Shown here piece after piece: positions 62,644 through 64,000 of a stretch of 64,000 nt of DNA; position 1 is the stretch's first letter; each line of letters begins with the position of its first letter. The notes beneath the pieces are model-generated. The model ran no database searches. It saw only the letters and a program-made list of their open reading frames with translations, and was not told the origin of the DNA. The stretch lies in NCBI GenBank assembly GCA_030390025.1, contig CM059431.1:111726001-111790000 (forward strand), written 5' to 3'. The stretch comes from Squalus acanthias. Lineage: Eukaryota. The translations under genes and the position numbers were made by a program.

Positions 62644-63282
62644 TACTTTTTATTAAACATACTTATCATCTTTTTAGCTTTTAAAAAAAAATGTTCTCCC
62701 CAGTTTCTAATCGTCTTGTGAAGTCCCTCCTGTGGGACCTATTGCGCAGGCCACCTGCCCTCTCAGGTCTCACCCAAGTGACCATCTGCGAGTCCAGATA
62801 GTAAGGGTAGGTAGACTAGTCCAGCACAGAGGTTATCCCAGACAAGCCCTGTGCTGCTCTTACCCACTCTACACATCCCTGCTTATCTCCAGCACGCGAC
62901 ACTGGAAATCAAACAGAGCCAGATAAAGGGGCCAATTTAACCCTTCCTAGGCCAGCGCGGCCAAGGCCAATTATGGCATCCAAACTGAAGGAGAAACTTC
63001 AATGAGCTGAATGACCTTTTCTCATCCTTGACTTTTCTTATATTTTGATGTTCTAATCACTGTGCCAGATGAGCTCAGCGAAGGGCAGATCATTTTTTTT
63101 TAATGCTGTTTGATTTGCTTTCTTCAGAAGATTGTTACTGCGCATGTCAGAAAATAATTTGCTGCAAATTTAGATTGCAGATAAATTCTGTACAATGCAA
63201 GTGTTCTGTGGATTTCATATCTATCTCCTCTAATCTCATGCTTTGTTTGTACTTTGCTTTCAGTGTCAGGACAAAAATAAAA

Positions 63283-63677
63283 GAAAGACTTGAATTTCTA
63301 TAGCGCCTTGCACAGCATCAGGACGTCTCAAAGCACTTTACAGCCAATGAAGTACTTTTGGAGTGTAGTCACTGTTGTAATATAGGAAACGCCACAGCCA
63401 ATTTGCACACAGCAAGCTCCCACAAACAGCAATGTGATAATGACCAGATAATCTGTTTTAGTGATGTTGATTGAGGGATAAATACAGGCCAGGACACCGG
63501 GGATAACTCCCCTGCTCTTCTTCAAAATAGTGCCATGGGATCTTTTACGTCCACTTGAGAGGGCAGACAGGGCCTCGGTTTAACGTCTCATCCGAAAGAC
63601 GGCACCTCCGACAGTGCAGCACTCCCTCAGCACTGCTCTGGGAGTGTCAGCCTTGAACCCACAACCTTCTGACTCAG
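63283..63677 (-). mobile_element. Same SINE family, head truncated
   Basis: Homologous core and tail. Confidence 0.83.
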
Positions 63678-64000
63678 TAGAGGAGAAATCTGGCATCTAC
63701 ACAAATACAGCTTTTGAAATTTAGATTTTTGCTGAGCGTTTGTGTTCATCAAGGTACAGAATGTCAGCGCTGAGGAACAAACCCCTTTCCCATTTACTAG
63801 AGTCAGCATTCCCAGACAGAGCTCTGTCTACTCCTTCAACTTTAGAAGAGCGCCCTCTCCTGCACCAGTGAAATATTTCCATCTCCCACACCAGCCATGC
63901 TTATGGGCTTACTGAAGGAGATTTCCAGTTTATGACAATTGACATTGAGAGAAAGCTTTGTTTTAGTGTCCATTAGGAACAAAGTCCTAACTCTTCTCAC

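Overview
Vertebrate genomic DNA, most likely a cartilaginous fish (inferred from the repeat set: CR1 and L2 LINEs, tRNA/Deu-type SINEs, Penelope, PIF/Harbinger). The only host coding sequence I can support is the first coding exon of TBC1D4/AS160 (PTB domain, minus strand, 60937-60527, GT donor). The remaining ~60 kb downstream looks like one large intron filled with mobile DNA. It contains a CR1 LINE with an intact 964-aa ORF2, a TSD-flanked 5'-truncated Penelope element (GIY-YIG), and two families of minimal hammerhead-ribozyme modules (5 copies, 3 with intact cores). It also holds a deleted Harbinger transposon plus several families of Harbinger-type MITEs with 3-bp TSDs, a probable solo LTR, ~10 SINEs and two large GC-rich minisatellites. 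Most long ORFs in the track are repeat artefacts. The most notable signals are the Penelope/hammerhead modules, a CR1 3' UTR duplicate with strong A-to-G bias, MITEs carrying promoter motifs and splice donors, and a local inverted duplication. All belong to known classes; family-level novelty needs database searches I cannot run.
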